From: Verrucomicrobiota bacterium
GTDB taxonomy: Bacteria; Verrucomicrobiota; Verrucomicrobiia; Limisphaerales; SIBE01
Length of the DNA stretch: 64,000 bases
Assembly (NCBI GenBank): GCA_016871535.1
Contig: VHCZ01000002.1
Location: 6,180 to 70,179 of the forward strand
Direction of reading: 5' to 3'
A program made the position numbers and the translations under genes. Below, in pieces: positions 1 to 7,764 of this stretch. The notes beneath the pieces were generated by a model, which was not told the DNA's origin, did no database searches, and saw only the letters and a program-made list of their open reading frames with translations. Every line of letters begins with the position of its first letter. The first letter of the stretch is position 1.

Positions 1-701
1 CGCGGGAGCAACATCGATTCGCGGCCGCGCGCCTCGCGCAAATCTTGCACCTCGATCCGGCGGTCGAACTCCGCGGCGCCGATGGCGAACTTGTGCCGCT
101 TGGACTCATCGCCACGAACACGGTTCTGAGCTCGCTGGTTCAGGAGGCCATCGTGAATCGACCGGACGCAAAGCAAAGCCAATCGCTGATCGCCGCGGCG
201 GAGAAATCCCGGAGCGGAGTGACCTACGGTCCGTGGATTCCGTCGGTCGGCGCACAGGCTTTCGTGGGCGGGTTGGGCGGAGGACGCGGAAGCGGCTCCG
301 GGAATTTCGGGGCCACGGAGGATTACGCGCTGACGCTCGGCTGGCGGATTGGCCCGGGCGGGCTTTTCGATCAGGGAAGGAAACGGTCGGCTGAATCGCG
401 GTTGAACGTGGCCAAGCTTGGCCAGGAGAAACTCCGCGATGAAATCGTCCGGCAAGTCATCGAGGCGCACACCCGGTTCGTCTCGCTCGCCGACCAGATC
501 GCGATCGTGGAGCGCGCTCTGAAAGCGGCTGAGAGGAGCCAGCAACTCGCGCAGGATCGAAAACAGTTCGGCGTCGGCGCGGTGTTGGAAACCATCCAGG
601 CGGAACAGGACCTGACGCGCGCCCGGCTGGATTATGCCAAAGCGATTGCCGATTTCGACCGCGCGCAGTACGCGTTAAGCAAAGCGATCGGAAAGCTTTA
701 G
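1..701 (+). CDS. TolC-family outer-membrane efflux protein, C-terminal part (5' end outside window)
   Basis: Frame 3 is open from the window edge. The C-terminal text ...IQAEQDLTRARLDYAKAIADFDRAQYALSKAIGKL is typical of OEP/TolC helical repeats. Confidence 0.7.
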   Translation, partial: REQHRFAAARLAQILHLDPAVELRGADGELVPLGLIATNTVLSSLVQEAIVNRPDAKQSQSLIAAAEKSRSGVTYGPWIPSVGAQAFVGGLGGGRGSGSGNFGATEDYALTLGWRIGPGGLFDQGRKRSAESRLNVAKLGQEKLRDEIVRQVIEAHTRFVSLADQIAIVERALKAAERSQQLAQDRKQFGVGAVLETIQAEQDLTRARLDYAKAIADFDRAQYALSKAIGKL

Positions 702-704
702 TGT

Positions 705-1097
705 TCAGCTATTCAGGATTTTCAACGCTTTGTGCGGATTCGACACGCGGAGGATCAGGAGCCCCTTTTTGGCGTCCGGAGTAGTGGCGCAGTAAGCGTA
801 TTCGATGTTCATGCCGGCGTCCGCCAGTTTGTGGGCCATGGCCGCCAGGGAACCGGGTTTATTGCTGCCTTCGATCATCAACACGTCGGTGGCAAGGACC
901 AGCGAGCCGTGATCCTCGAAAATCCGGAGAGCCTCTTTGGGATCACTGAGCACCATCCGGACGACGATATGGTCCACGGTGTCGCTGGTTGAAATCGCGT
1001 AGATATTGATCTTTGCCGCTCCCAGGACGTCGCACACGCGGGCCAGCGTGCCGGGCCGATTAGCCAGGAATAAAACAAGTTGTTTGGCAATTTGCAT
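705..1097 (-). CDS. ACT domain-containing protein (tandem ACT)
   Basis: MQIAKQLVLFLANRPGTLARVCDVLGAAKINIYAIS...IEGSNKPGSLAAMAHKLADAGMNIEYAY gives two ACT-like units. ATG (cat 1095-1097) was chosen because the upstream 74 codons run into a palindromic repeat. Confidence 0.8.
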   Translation of the reverse strand: MQIAKQLVLFLANRPGTLARVCDVLGAAKINIYAISTSDTVDHIVVRMVLSDPKEALRIFEDHGSLVLATDVLMIEGSNKPGSLAAMAHKLADAGMNIEYAYCATTPDAKKGLLILRVSNPHKALKILNS

Positions 1098-1136
1098 GTT
1101 CGCTGGTATGCGGGCGGTTGTTAAGGCCGGGACAAA

Positions 1137-1404
1137 GTGGTCATGGACATAAATACGATGACGTTCGCGGCAAGGGATTTTGCGGCCAGACGAGGCGCGA
1201 GCGACGCGCATACCCCTCGGCGGTCTGCAAGGAGCGAGCCACGAAGTCTGGCTGCAAAAGACCTGCCGCCCTTCGGGTTTCGCCCCATTTGGCCTGTGGC
1301 TTCGTTGCGCCTCGGTCACAGAGCCGTGCGGCTATGCTCCCTCGTCGCGCCTGATACGCCAAATGGGGCGAAACGAACGTCATCGTATTTATGCCCATGA
1401 CCAC
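1137..1404. repeat. ~270-nt multi-helix palindromic interspersed element, copy A (candidate structured RNA)
   Basis: 31-nt terminal arms GTGGTCATGGACATAAATACGATGACGTTCG / CGAACGTCATCGTATTTATGCCCATGACCAC pair 30/31. Internal helices and conserved blocks are shared with 21220-21494 and 55685-55958. The mirror-image ORFs on both strands are artefacts of the palindrome. Confidence 0.85.
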
Positions 1405-1541
1405 TAAGCATTGCGAGCAATTCCAAGAGAGCCTTTACCACCCGCACCACCGGATAGCAAGAGCCGCAAAAGCAAAGCCAAGCCGCGCCGTTCACTTCCC
1501 TTTCGACTGGCAGAGCGAGGCGATTCGGCTAATGTGCGAGC

Positions 1542-1853
1542 ATGCTTGGCCCTGCCGATTCCCGCCGCCGATGGTTCGGCATGTTTTATTTGCTGGTCGC
1601 GGGCGGGCTGCTGATCTGGGGACAGACGATATTGGAGCCGCGCCTGGGCAAAGGGCTTGGATTCATCCTGTACTGGCTCATCTGTTTTCTGTTCACAGCG
1701 CTGGCGATACTGACCGCGTTGCTCGACCTCTGGATTGTGAGAACACGCGCCCGTGTTGAGAAGAAACGGCTCCTCCGGCAGTCCGGGATTGAACCCCAAC
1801 CTCCCCCTGAAGAACCGGAGACACGGATTGGCGTGAAACGAAACGAAAGCTGA
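1542..1853 (+). CDS. small hypothetical membrane protein (2 predicted TM helices)
   Basis: Hydrophobic stretches FGMFYLLVAGGLLIWG and LGFILYWLICFLFTALAILTALLDLWIV. No recognisable family. Confidence 0.5.
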   Translation: MLGPADSRRRWFGMFYLLVAGGLLIWGQTILEPRLGKGLGFILYWLICFLFTALAILTALLDLWIVRTRARVEKKRLLRQSGIEPQPPPEEPETRIGVKRNES

Positions 1854-1865
1854 GCCGCCTCATTC

Positions 1866-2002
1866 ATCCTGGAAAACTTCCCGGTACGGTCACCCTGCTC
1901 CGCCCCATGAACCAGGCAGGGCAAGTCCATCCCGACGAGCCGCTCAACCACGTTGCGTGGAACACGTCCGACTCGGCTGGCTGGGGACAGGCTCGCCCTA
2001 CC
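1866..2002. repeat. hairpin repeat family 'GGTAGGGCGAG...CTCGCCCTACC', copy 1
   Basis: ...CCCATGAACC..GGCAGGGCAAGTCCATCCCGACGAGCCGCTC...GGAACACGTCCGACTCGGCTGGCTGGGGACAGGCTCGCCCTACC is homologous to 57111-57253. It lies between convergent genes. Confidence 0.7.
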
Positions 2003-2081
2003 TCCCATCTTCACCAGACAAAAAAAAGCCGCGCTCACCTGAGCGCGGCTGCAAGGAGAACCGATTTACCAAAGTGCGGAC

Positions 2082-3449
2082 TTAAGCGGACACCGGCACC
2101 ATGGAATCGTAGCTGATCGGCGATACGACTTTGCCGTCGCCCGTCTTGATGGTGCGCGCTTTCTCGTCGAAGAGCAGAGTCAAGCTCAAGCGTTCCGACA
2201 TTTCCGACAGGCAAAGCACCACATGGGCCTTGATCGCGAGGTCGATATTCGCGAACGGAGTGGCGCCCGACCGGATGCAATCGAACCAGTTCTTCTCCAG
2301 CGTGGGCACGTCGCCTATTTTTTGAGGGTGGGTGAATTTGTCGGCTTCGACTTCCTCAGAGAATATGCGCTCCGGTTTCAGTTCCGCGTAGTTGCTGCTG
2401 GAAGAGAACTCGATGCGCGCCTTGCGGCCGCGCAGAACGTCCGGCAAGCCAAATTCGTTGCAGGTCGTTCCGGCAATGACGAGTGTCAACCCGCTCGGAA
2501 ACTCGGTCAGCAAATGCGTGGTGTCGGTGATCTCACGATTTGTGGAAATCTTCCGTGTGCCAGTGCACACGACGCGCCGCGGGAATTCCGGATTCCCCGT
2601 CGCCAGCATCAGCGGCAGGAATTTATGCGGGAGCAAATTGCCGACGATCCCCGAATTGTAGGTGTAGTATTTGTGCCATGAGAAGTAATGCTGGGGATTG
2701 AAGGGGATTTTCGGGGCTTTGCCGAGCCAACGGTTCCAGTCGAGGTTGCTTTCATTCGCATCCGCATCGATCGGGTATTGCCATTCGTCGTTCTTGGGAT
2801 TGTTGCGGCAGTAAGAGCCTTGCCCCCAGACCAACGGGCCGAGCTTGCCTTCTTTGATCCATGTTGCAGCCTGGTGGATCATGGGATCGGCGCAGTACTG
2901 CGATCCGATCTGGAAAACCTTTTTGGTGCGCCGGACCGTGTCGTAAATCGCGAATCCTTCTTCCAGGTAGCGGGCAAGCGGTTTTTCGCCGTACACGTGC
3001 TTGCCGGCTTCCATGGCGTCAATCGCCACCTGCGCATGCCAGTTGTCCACTGTAGCAACGACAATGGCATCGATATCCTTTCGTTCGAGCAGCTTTCGGT
3101 GGTCGGCATATGCGTTCGAATCTGGCAAGCCAATGTACTTCTGGGCGGCTTGGAGGCGTTTCTGATAAAGGTCGCAAACGGCGGCCTGGACGATGTTGTT
3201 GGCCTGGGCGTGCGTTTTTTGGTGTCGCACGTGCGCCATACCCTGGCTGCCGACTCCGATATATCCGACAGCAATGCGATCGTTCGCGCCAATCACTTTC
3301 CCGGTGGAAGGAGCCTGGTTCTGTCCGTAAACCGGGGTTTTCAGGACGTTGGAGGCTGCCACGGCCGCCGCGGTCGCGGTCGCAGTTTTCTTGATGAATG
3401 AACGGCGCGATGCGTTGTCGGCCGAGAGGATATCAGAGTTTTCGTTCAT
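2082..3449 (-). CDS. Gfo/Idh/MocA family oxidoreductase with Tat signal
   Basis: N-terminal twin-arginine signal SRRSFIKKTATATAAAVAA. Rossmann motif IAVGYIGVGSQG. Typical Gfo/Idh/MocA length (455 aa). Confidence 0.9.
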   Translation of the reverse strand: MNENSDILSADNASRRSFIKKTATATAAAVAASNVLKTPVYGQNQAPSTGKVIGANDRIAVGYIGVGSQGMAHVRHQKTHAQANNIVQAAVCDLYQKRLQAAQKYIGLPDSNAYADHRKLLERKDIDAIVVATVDNWHAQVAIDAMEAGKHVYGEKPLARYLEEGFAIYDTVRRTKKVFQIGSQYCADPMIHQAATWIKEGKLGPLVWGQGSYCRNNPKNDEWQYPIDADANESNLDWNRWLGKAPKIPFNPQHYFSWHKYYTYNSGIVGNLLPHKFLPLMLATGNPEFPRRVVCTGTRKISTNREITDTTHLLTEFPSGLTLVIAGTTCNEFGLPDVLRGRKARIEFSSSSNYAELKPERIFSEEVEADKFTHPQKIGDVPTLEKNWFDCIRSGATPFANIDLAIKAHVVLCLSEMSERLSLTLLFDEKARTIKTGDGKVVSPISYDSMVPVSA

Positions 3450-3597
3450 AGACTTTAGCTCAGTTTGTCTTCAAGACGGTGCCATACCCTAACTTAGTCA
3501 CCGGAGGCAGGCAAGCTTCTTGGCCGAACTAATCAAGCAACGGGGAGAGGGAGCCGGGCTGGCGAGTTGCACGAAGCCAGCAATTCTTCCCATCAAC

Positions 3598-3671
3598 CGG
3601 AGCGCCGGTCTCCGATCCGGAGCGATTCTGAAGCCGCACCGATGCCCGTCGGGTCGGAGACCGGCGCTCCG
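3598..3671. repeat. 18-bp perfect inverted repeat separated by 38 nt
   Basis: CGGAGCGCCGGTCTCCGA (3598-3615) and TCGGAGACCGGCGCTCCG (3654-3671), in the divergent intergenic region between the genes starting at 3449 (-) and 3755 (+). Confidence 0.8.
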
Positions 3672-3754
3672 ATATACTTGACGGAATATATCGATTGAAC
3701 TAGAAGCTCGCCTAGCCGGGGCCGACAGCGCCCCTGGGAGCAGAGTCCCATCGC

Positions 3755-4510
3755 ATGAAGCCATCGAACACCTCAGCCTTCACGCTCGTCGAGCTACTGG
3801 TCGCGCTGGCGATCATCGCGGTGCTTGCCGGATTGCTCTTGCCCGCGCTGGCCAAGGCCAAGTCAAAGGCCAGGCAGACGCAATGCCTGAACAACCTCAA
3901 ACAAATCGGGCTGGCCTACACGATGTATCGAGGCGATTACGCGGACCTCAACATTCCCTACCGCTCGTGCCCGGATACCCCCAAGGATCGCAACGGTCTG
4001 GCTGCGGGCGTGCCCAGCGGGAACGGCCCCAACAACCGGCCGCCAACCGGACCCAACGAGCAGTGGTGGGCACCGTACGATCCAACGCAAGCGCCCGACG
4101 GTCCACCGGGAGCGGGGTTCAAGCAGGGCCTTCTCTACGGCTATTGTGGAACCACGAACCTTTTCAAGTGCCCAGTTGAAACGCAGTGGCAATGCGGCTA
4201 CGGCATGAATTATTCCACGGGGAGCCCGATGCTCCAGCGGGATTCCTTCGTCACCGAATCGAGCGACCGCCTCATCATTTGGGATCACCGGCGCAGTCCA
4301 GGTTGTTCGGACTCGCGTGTGCTCGCGCCGCCGAGGCCGCCGTGGCTCCCTTTCGGCGCGGCCAGCCATTACCCGCCACGCCACCATGGACGTTTCAACG
4401 GCCTTTTCTACGATGCGCACGCGACGCCGCTCAACCCCTCGTCGCTGCGCGTGCGTAACTTTCGCGAACCGGGTTCTGGCCCGCCTGTCGCCGGTTACTC
4501 TGGAGAGTGA
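3755..4510 (+). CDS. prepilin-type N-terminal cleavage/methylation domain protein (pseudopilin-like, H-X9-D(G/A) type)
   Basis: N-terminus [49 protein letters not shown]-terminal [13 protein letters not shown] resembles the H-X9-DG motif common in PVC bacteria. Confidence 0.85.
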   Translation: MKPSNTSAFTLVELLVALAIIAVLAGLLLPALAKAKSKARQTQCLNNLKQIGLAYTMYRGDYADLNIPYRSCPDTPKDRNGLAAGVPSGNGPNNRPPTGPNEQWWAPYDPTQAPDGPPGAGFKQGLLYGYCGTTNLFKCPVETQWQCGYGMNYSTGSPMLQRDSFVTESSDRLIIWDHRRSPGCSDSRVLAPPRPPWLPFGAASHYPPRHHGRFNGLFYDAHATPLNPSSLRVRNFREPGSGPPVAGYSGE

Positions 4511-4522
4511 GAGGCGAAACAA

Positions 4523-5350
4523 ATGGCAACGAGGCGAACAAAGGCCCGCGAACCCGGAACGTTCCTGGCTTTGCTCGCATCGCTGATATTCGCAATGTTG
4601 CCTGCCTGCCGCCAAACCGGGTCTGATGAGTCGAAGGCGCGGCAAACCGTGACCATTGCCGCGGCAGCGGACTTGAAGTTCGCGTTGGACGAGATCGCGC
4701 TCGAGTTCAAGCGTGCCAGGCCGGATATTAAAGTTCGAATCAGCTACGGCTCGTCCGGCAACTTTTACTCGCAACTCGCCCAGCGAGCGCCATTCGACAT
4801 TTTCTTCTCGGCGGACGTCTCTTATCCGATGCGTCTCATCGAGGCAGGGCTGGCGGACGCGAGCACCCAGTTCACTTATGCCACGGGACGAATTGTTGTC
4901 TGGACATTGAAGAGTTCACCGCTTGATCTACCCAGGATGGGCCTCGAAGCGTTCAAACACTCCTCCGTGCGAAAGATCGCGGTCGCCAATCCGGAACACG
5001 CGCCTTATGGGAAGGCCGCCATCGACGCGCTGCAGAAACTTGGAATCTATGGCTCGGTCAGGGAACGATTGGTGTATGGAGAGAATGTCGCGCAAACGGC
5101 TCAGTTCATCGAAAGTGGGGCGGCCGACATCGGCATCATCGCTCTGAGTCTGGCCTTGGGGCCAAGTTTGAAAGAGAAAGGGCGCTTCTGGGAAATCCCG
5201 CTCGACGCGTATCCCCGCATGCAACAAGGCGGTGTCATCCTGACATGGGCCAAACACCGGAAAGCCGCGCAGGAATTGCGGGCCTTCGTCTTGAGTCCCG
5301 CTGGCCAAAGCACGTTGCGGCGCTACGGGTTTTCTCCACCGAACGAATAG
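4523..5350 (+). CDS. modA: molybdate ABC transporter substrate-binding protein
   Basis: Lipobox-like MLPAC. VTIAAAADLKFALDEIALEFK...ISYGSSGNFYSQLAQRAPFDIFFSADV is a typical ModA signature. Followed by modB and modC. Confidence 0.9.
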   Translation: MATRRTKAREPGTFLALLASLIFAMLPACRQTGSDESKARQTVTIAAAADLKFALDEIALEFKRARPDIKVRISYGSSGNFYSQLAQRAPFDIFFSADVSYPMRLIEAGLADASTQFTYATGRIVVWTLKSSPLDLPRMGLEAFKHSSVRKIAVANPEHAPYGKAAIDALQKLGIYGSVRERLVYGENVAQTAQFIESGAADIGIIALSLALGPSLKEKGRFWEIPLDAYPRMQQGGVILTWAKHRKAAQELRAFVLSPAGQSTLRRYGFSPPNE

Positions 5351-5359
5351 GCGGTCAGC

Positions 5360-6037
5360 ATGGACTGGAACGCCATCATCCTTTCGCTCCGGCTCGCTTC
5401 GCTGACGACGCTGATTCTCTTCCTGGCGGGCCTGCCCGCGGCCTACTGGCTGGCGACTTCAAGATGGCGGTGGAAATTTCTTGTCGAGGCCGTCGTGGCG
5501 CTGCCGTTGGTGCTGCCGCCGACCGTGCTCGGCTTCTACCTCCTGCTTGCCATGGGGCCACGCAGTCCCTTCGGCCGATTTTATGAGAGCCTCACGGGTC
5601 AATTGCTGCCGTTCTCCTTCGAAGGCCTGCTGGTCGCATCCGTGCTCTACAGCATGCCATTCACGGTCCAGCCGTTTGCGGCGGCCTTCGCGGCGGTTGA
5701 CCGCAAATTCATCGAAGCTTCCTGGTGCTTGGGGGAAACACGAGCGGGGACGTTCTTCCGCGTCATTCTGCCGCTGTCCTGGCCTGGTGTGCTCACGGGA
5801 ATGATCCTCAGCTTCGCCCACACGATTGGCGAATTTGGCGTCGTGCTCATGGTGGGTGGCAATTTGCCCGGCGCCACGCGAACGGTTTCGATTTCCATCT
5901 ACGACGCGATGCAGAGTCTCGACTACTCAGCGGCGGGCAAGACATCGCTCCTGTTGCTCGTCCTGTCGTTTGCTGTCCTCGCCGTCACCTACACGTTGCA
6001 ACGGAATGTCTGGGCAGTATGGCCGAAAAAATCGTAG
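5360..6037 (+). CDS. modB: molybdate ABC transporter permease
   Basis: 225 aa, 5-6 TM helices. The EAS..LG motif region FIEASWCLGETRAGTFFRVILP is typical of ModB/CysTW-family permeases. Confidence 0.9.
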   Translation: MDWNAIILSLRLASLTTLILFLAGLPAAYWLATSRWRWKFLVEAVVALPLVLPPTVLGFYLLLAMGPRSPFGRFYESLTGQLLPFSFEGLLVASVLYSMPFTVQPFAAAFAAVDRKFIEASWCLGETRAGTFFRVILPLSWPGVLTGMILSFAHTIGEFGVVLMVGGNLPGATRTVSISIYDAMQSLDYSAAGKTSLLLLVLSFAVLAVTYTLQRNVWAVWPKKS

Positions 6038-7113
6038 CGCAATTTGCCAGGCGATTTCCCGGCGGGCCGCTCCTCAACGTGGACGCGTTAAGCATCGCCT
6101 GCGGCCAACCATCGATCACGGTCCTTTTCGGCGCTTCCGGGGCAGGGAAGACTACGGTTCTCCGATGTCTGGCCGGGCTCGAACGGCCCGATTCCGGCGT
6201 GATCCGGTGCGGCGAGGAACTCTGGTTTGACGCCTCGACATCTGTCTTCCTGCCACCGCAAAAGCGAAACATCGGCTCGCTTTCCCAGGACTACGCGCTG
6301 TTCCCGCACCTGACCGTCGAAGCCAATATCGCCTACGGTCTGCGTGGCCTCGCGGCAAACGAACATTGCGCGCGGATCGGCGAAGTTGTGCACCTGCTCG
6401 ATCTGGCCGGACTGGAACGCCGTCTTCCCGCGCAGCTTTCCGGAGGCCAGCAACAACGCGTCGCCCTCGCCAGAGCCGTCGTGCGCCGGCCGCGCTTGCT
6501 CCTGCTCGACGAACCGCTGTCCGCGCTCGATTCGCCCACGCGCCTCCGCCTGCGCCGTGAACTGCGCCGTTTGCTCCTGCACCTGGGGATTCCCACTTTG
6601 CTCGTGACTCACGACCGACTCGAAGCGCTTTCGCTGGGCGACGATCTCGTGGTGATCGACAACGGAATGCTCGTGCAACGGGGCCCGGTGCAAGTGGTGT
6701 TCAGCCGTCCCGCAAACTTGGCGGTCGCATCCATCGTCGGCATTGAAACCGTGCTACCGGGTCACGTCGAAAGCGCCGCCGAAGGGCTGCTCGTGGTGTC
6801 CGTCGGCGAAGCCAAACTGGCCGCACTCGCATCGGACTTTCCCGCGCAGACGCGCGACGTATTCGTCTGTATCCGGGCCGAGGACGTCATGATTCAAAAG
6901 GGCGAGGATCGACCGAGCAGCGCGCGCAATCATCTGGCCGCGACGGTTGGATCTTTGACCCGAGAAGGTCCCATGGTGCGAATCGAGCTCGACTGCGGAT
7001 TCCCGCTCGCGGCCTGGCTCACCAAACAGGCGTGCGAGGAACTCGCCTTGAATTCCGGAGACCGGGTCGTGGCGTTGGTGAAGGCGCCCAACGTTCACAT
7101 TATACCCCGCTAA
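6019..7113 (+). CDS. modC: molybdate ABC transporter ATP-binding protein with C-terminal TOBE/Mop-like domain
   Basis: Walker A GASGAGKTT, signature LSGGQQQRVALARA, Walker B LLLLDEP. Start ATG 6019 overlaps the modB end; the longer ORF from 5725 is an overlap artefact. Confidence 0.9.
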   Translation: MAEKIVAQFARRFPGGPLLNVDALSIACGQPSITVLFGASGAGKTTVLRCLAGLERPDSGVIRCGEELWFDASTSVFLPPQKRNIGSLSQDYALFPHLTVEANIAYGLRGLAANEHCARIGEVVHLLDLAGLERRLPAQLSGGQQQRVALARAVVRRPRLLLLDEPLSALDSPTRLRLRRELRRLLLHLGIPTLLVTHDRLEALSLGDDLVVIDNGMLVQRGPVQVVFSRPANLAVASIVGIETVLPGHVESAAEGLLVVSVGEAKLAALASDFPAQTRDVFVCIRAEDVMIQKGEDRPSSARNHLAATVGSLTREGPMVRIELDCGFPLAAWLTKQACEELALNSGDRVVALVKAPNVHIIPR

Positions 7114-7207
7114 CCTCTCGCGCCGCTCCAGTCTGGTCCGGCATGGTCCGGCTGGTTTCGGATTTAATCGGTTGCATTTGTCCACTTACGCTCTAGACTT
7201 TGCAGGC

Positions 7208-7762
7208 ATGCGACTGACAAAACGTGGCGAATACGCACTTCGAGCGATGATCGACCTGGGCATGGCTCAGGAAACGGGCCGGCCCATGCTGCAGATCGCC
7301 GAAGTGGCCAACAAAGAGAATATCCCGATCAAATTCCTGGAAGCCATCCTGGTCGAATTGAAGGAAGCCGGATATCTGGACAGCAAGCGGGGCAAACACG
7401 GGGGCTATTTCCTGGCCAAACCGATGGATGCCATCCGCATCGGCGACGTCGTGAGAAAACTGGAAGGGCCCCTGGCGCCCATTGCCTGCGTCAGCCAGAA
7501 CTTCTACGAACGCTGTTCGTGTCCGGACGAGGCGCATTGCGGCTTGCGAATGCTGATGCTCGATGTGCGCAACGCCATCGCGAATATTCTGGATCGCTAC
7601 ACCCTCGCCCAGACGGTCCAGGTAGCCTTGCAGAAAATCCGGCGCGATGGATTGCCGGTCCCTTTCGCCAAACAGAACAGACCCAAGGACGCACGGCGCG
7701 ACGGATTCGCGCGCTCAGGAAAGAGCAAGCCCGGAAAGGATCGGGCAATCCGACGAGGTTAG
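7208..7762 (+). CDS. Rrf2 family transcriptional regulator (Cys-containing, possibly Fe-S binding)
   Basis: MRLTKRGEYALRAMIDLGMAQ...IPIKFLEAILVELKEAGYLDSKRGKHGGYFLA is the Rrf2 wHTH. Cys cluster CVSQNFYERCSCPDEAHC. Confidence 0.85.
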   Translation: MRLTKRGEYALRAMIDLGMAQETGRPMLQIAEVANKENIPIKFLEAILVELKEAGYLDSKRGKHGGYFLAKPMDAIRIGDVVRKLEGPLAPIACVSQNFYERCSCPDEAHCGLRMLMLDVRNAIANILDRYTLAQTVQVALQKIRRDGLPVPFAKQNRPKDARRDGFARSGKSKPGKDRAIRRG

Positions 7763-7764
7763 AC

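Noticed and set aside
1137-1404. Mirror-image ORFs on both strands (1137..1400 + and 1141..1404 -, both starting MVM.INTMTF and ending RTSSYLCP), and likewise 55685..55936 / 55707..55958
   Set aside because: The near-identical N- and C-terminal peptides on opposite strands are a direct consequence of the 31-bp terminal inverted repeat. There is no start context or family resemblance. They are treated as a non-coding structured repeat.
1137-1404. Classical MITE interpretation of the 270-nt element
   Set aside because: MITEs conserve their terminal inverted repeats for transposase recognition. Here the termini of copy C are unrelated to those of A and B, while the internal fold and unpaired blocks are conserved. 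No transposase is in the window. This is kept only as an alternative to be tested.
5725-6018. N-terminal extensions of the ORF-track models for modC (5725), the SBP (7519), the ABC ATPase (8688), the DHp-REC protein (16367), rnc (20323), the ACT protein (to 1319) and the DUF1553 protein (to 27826)
   Set aside because: The extensions overlap upstream genes or repeats and lack family-like sequence. Internal starts give canonical N-termini or signal peptides and stop/start coupling.
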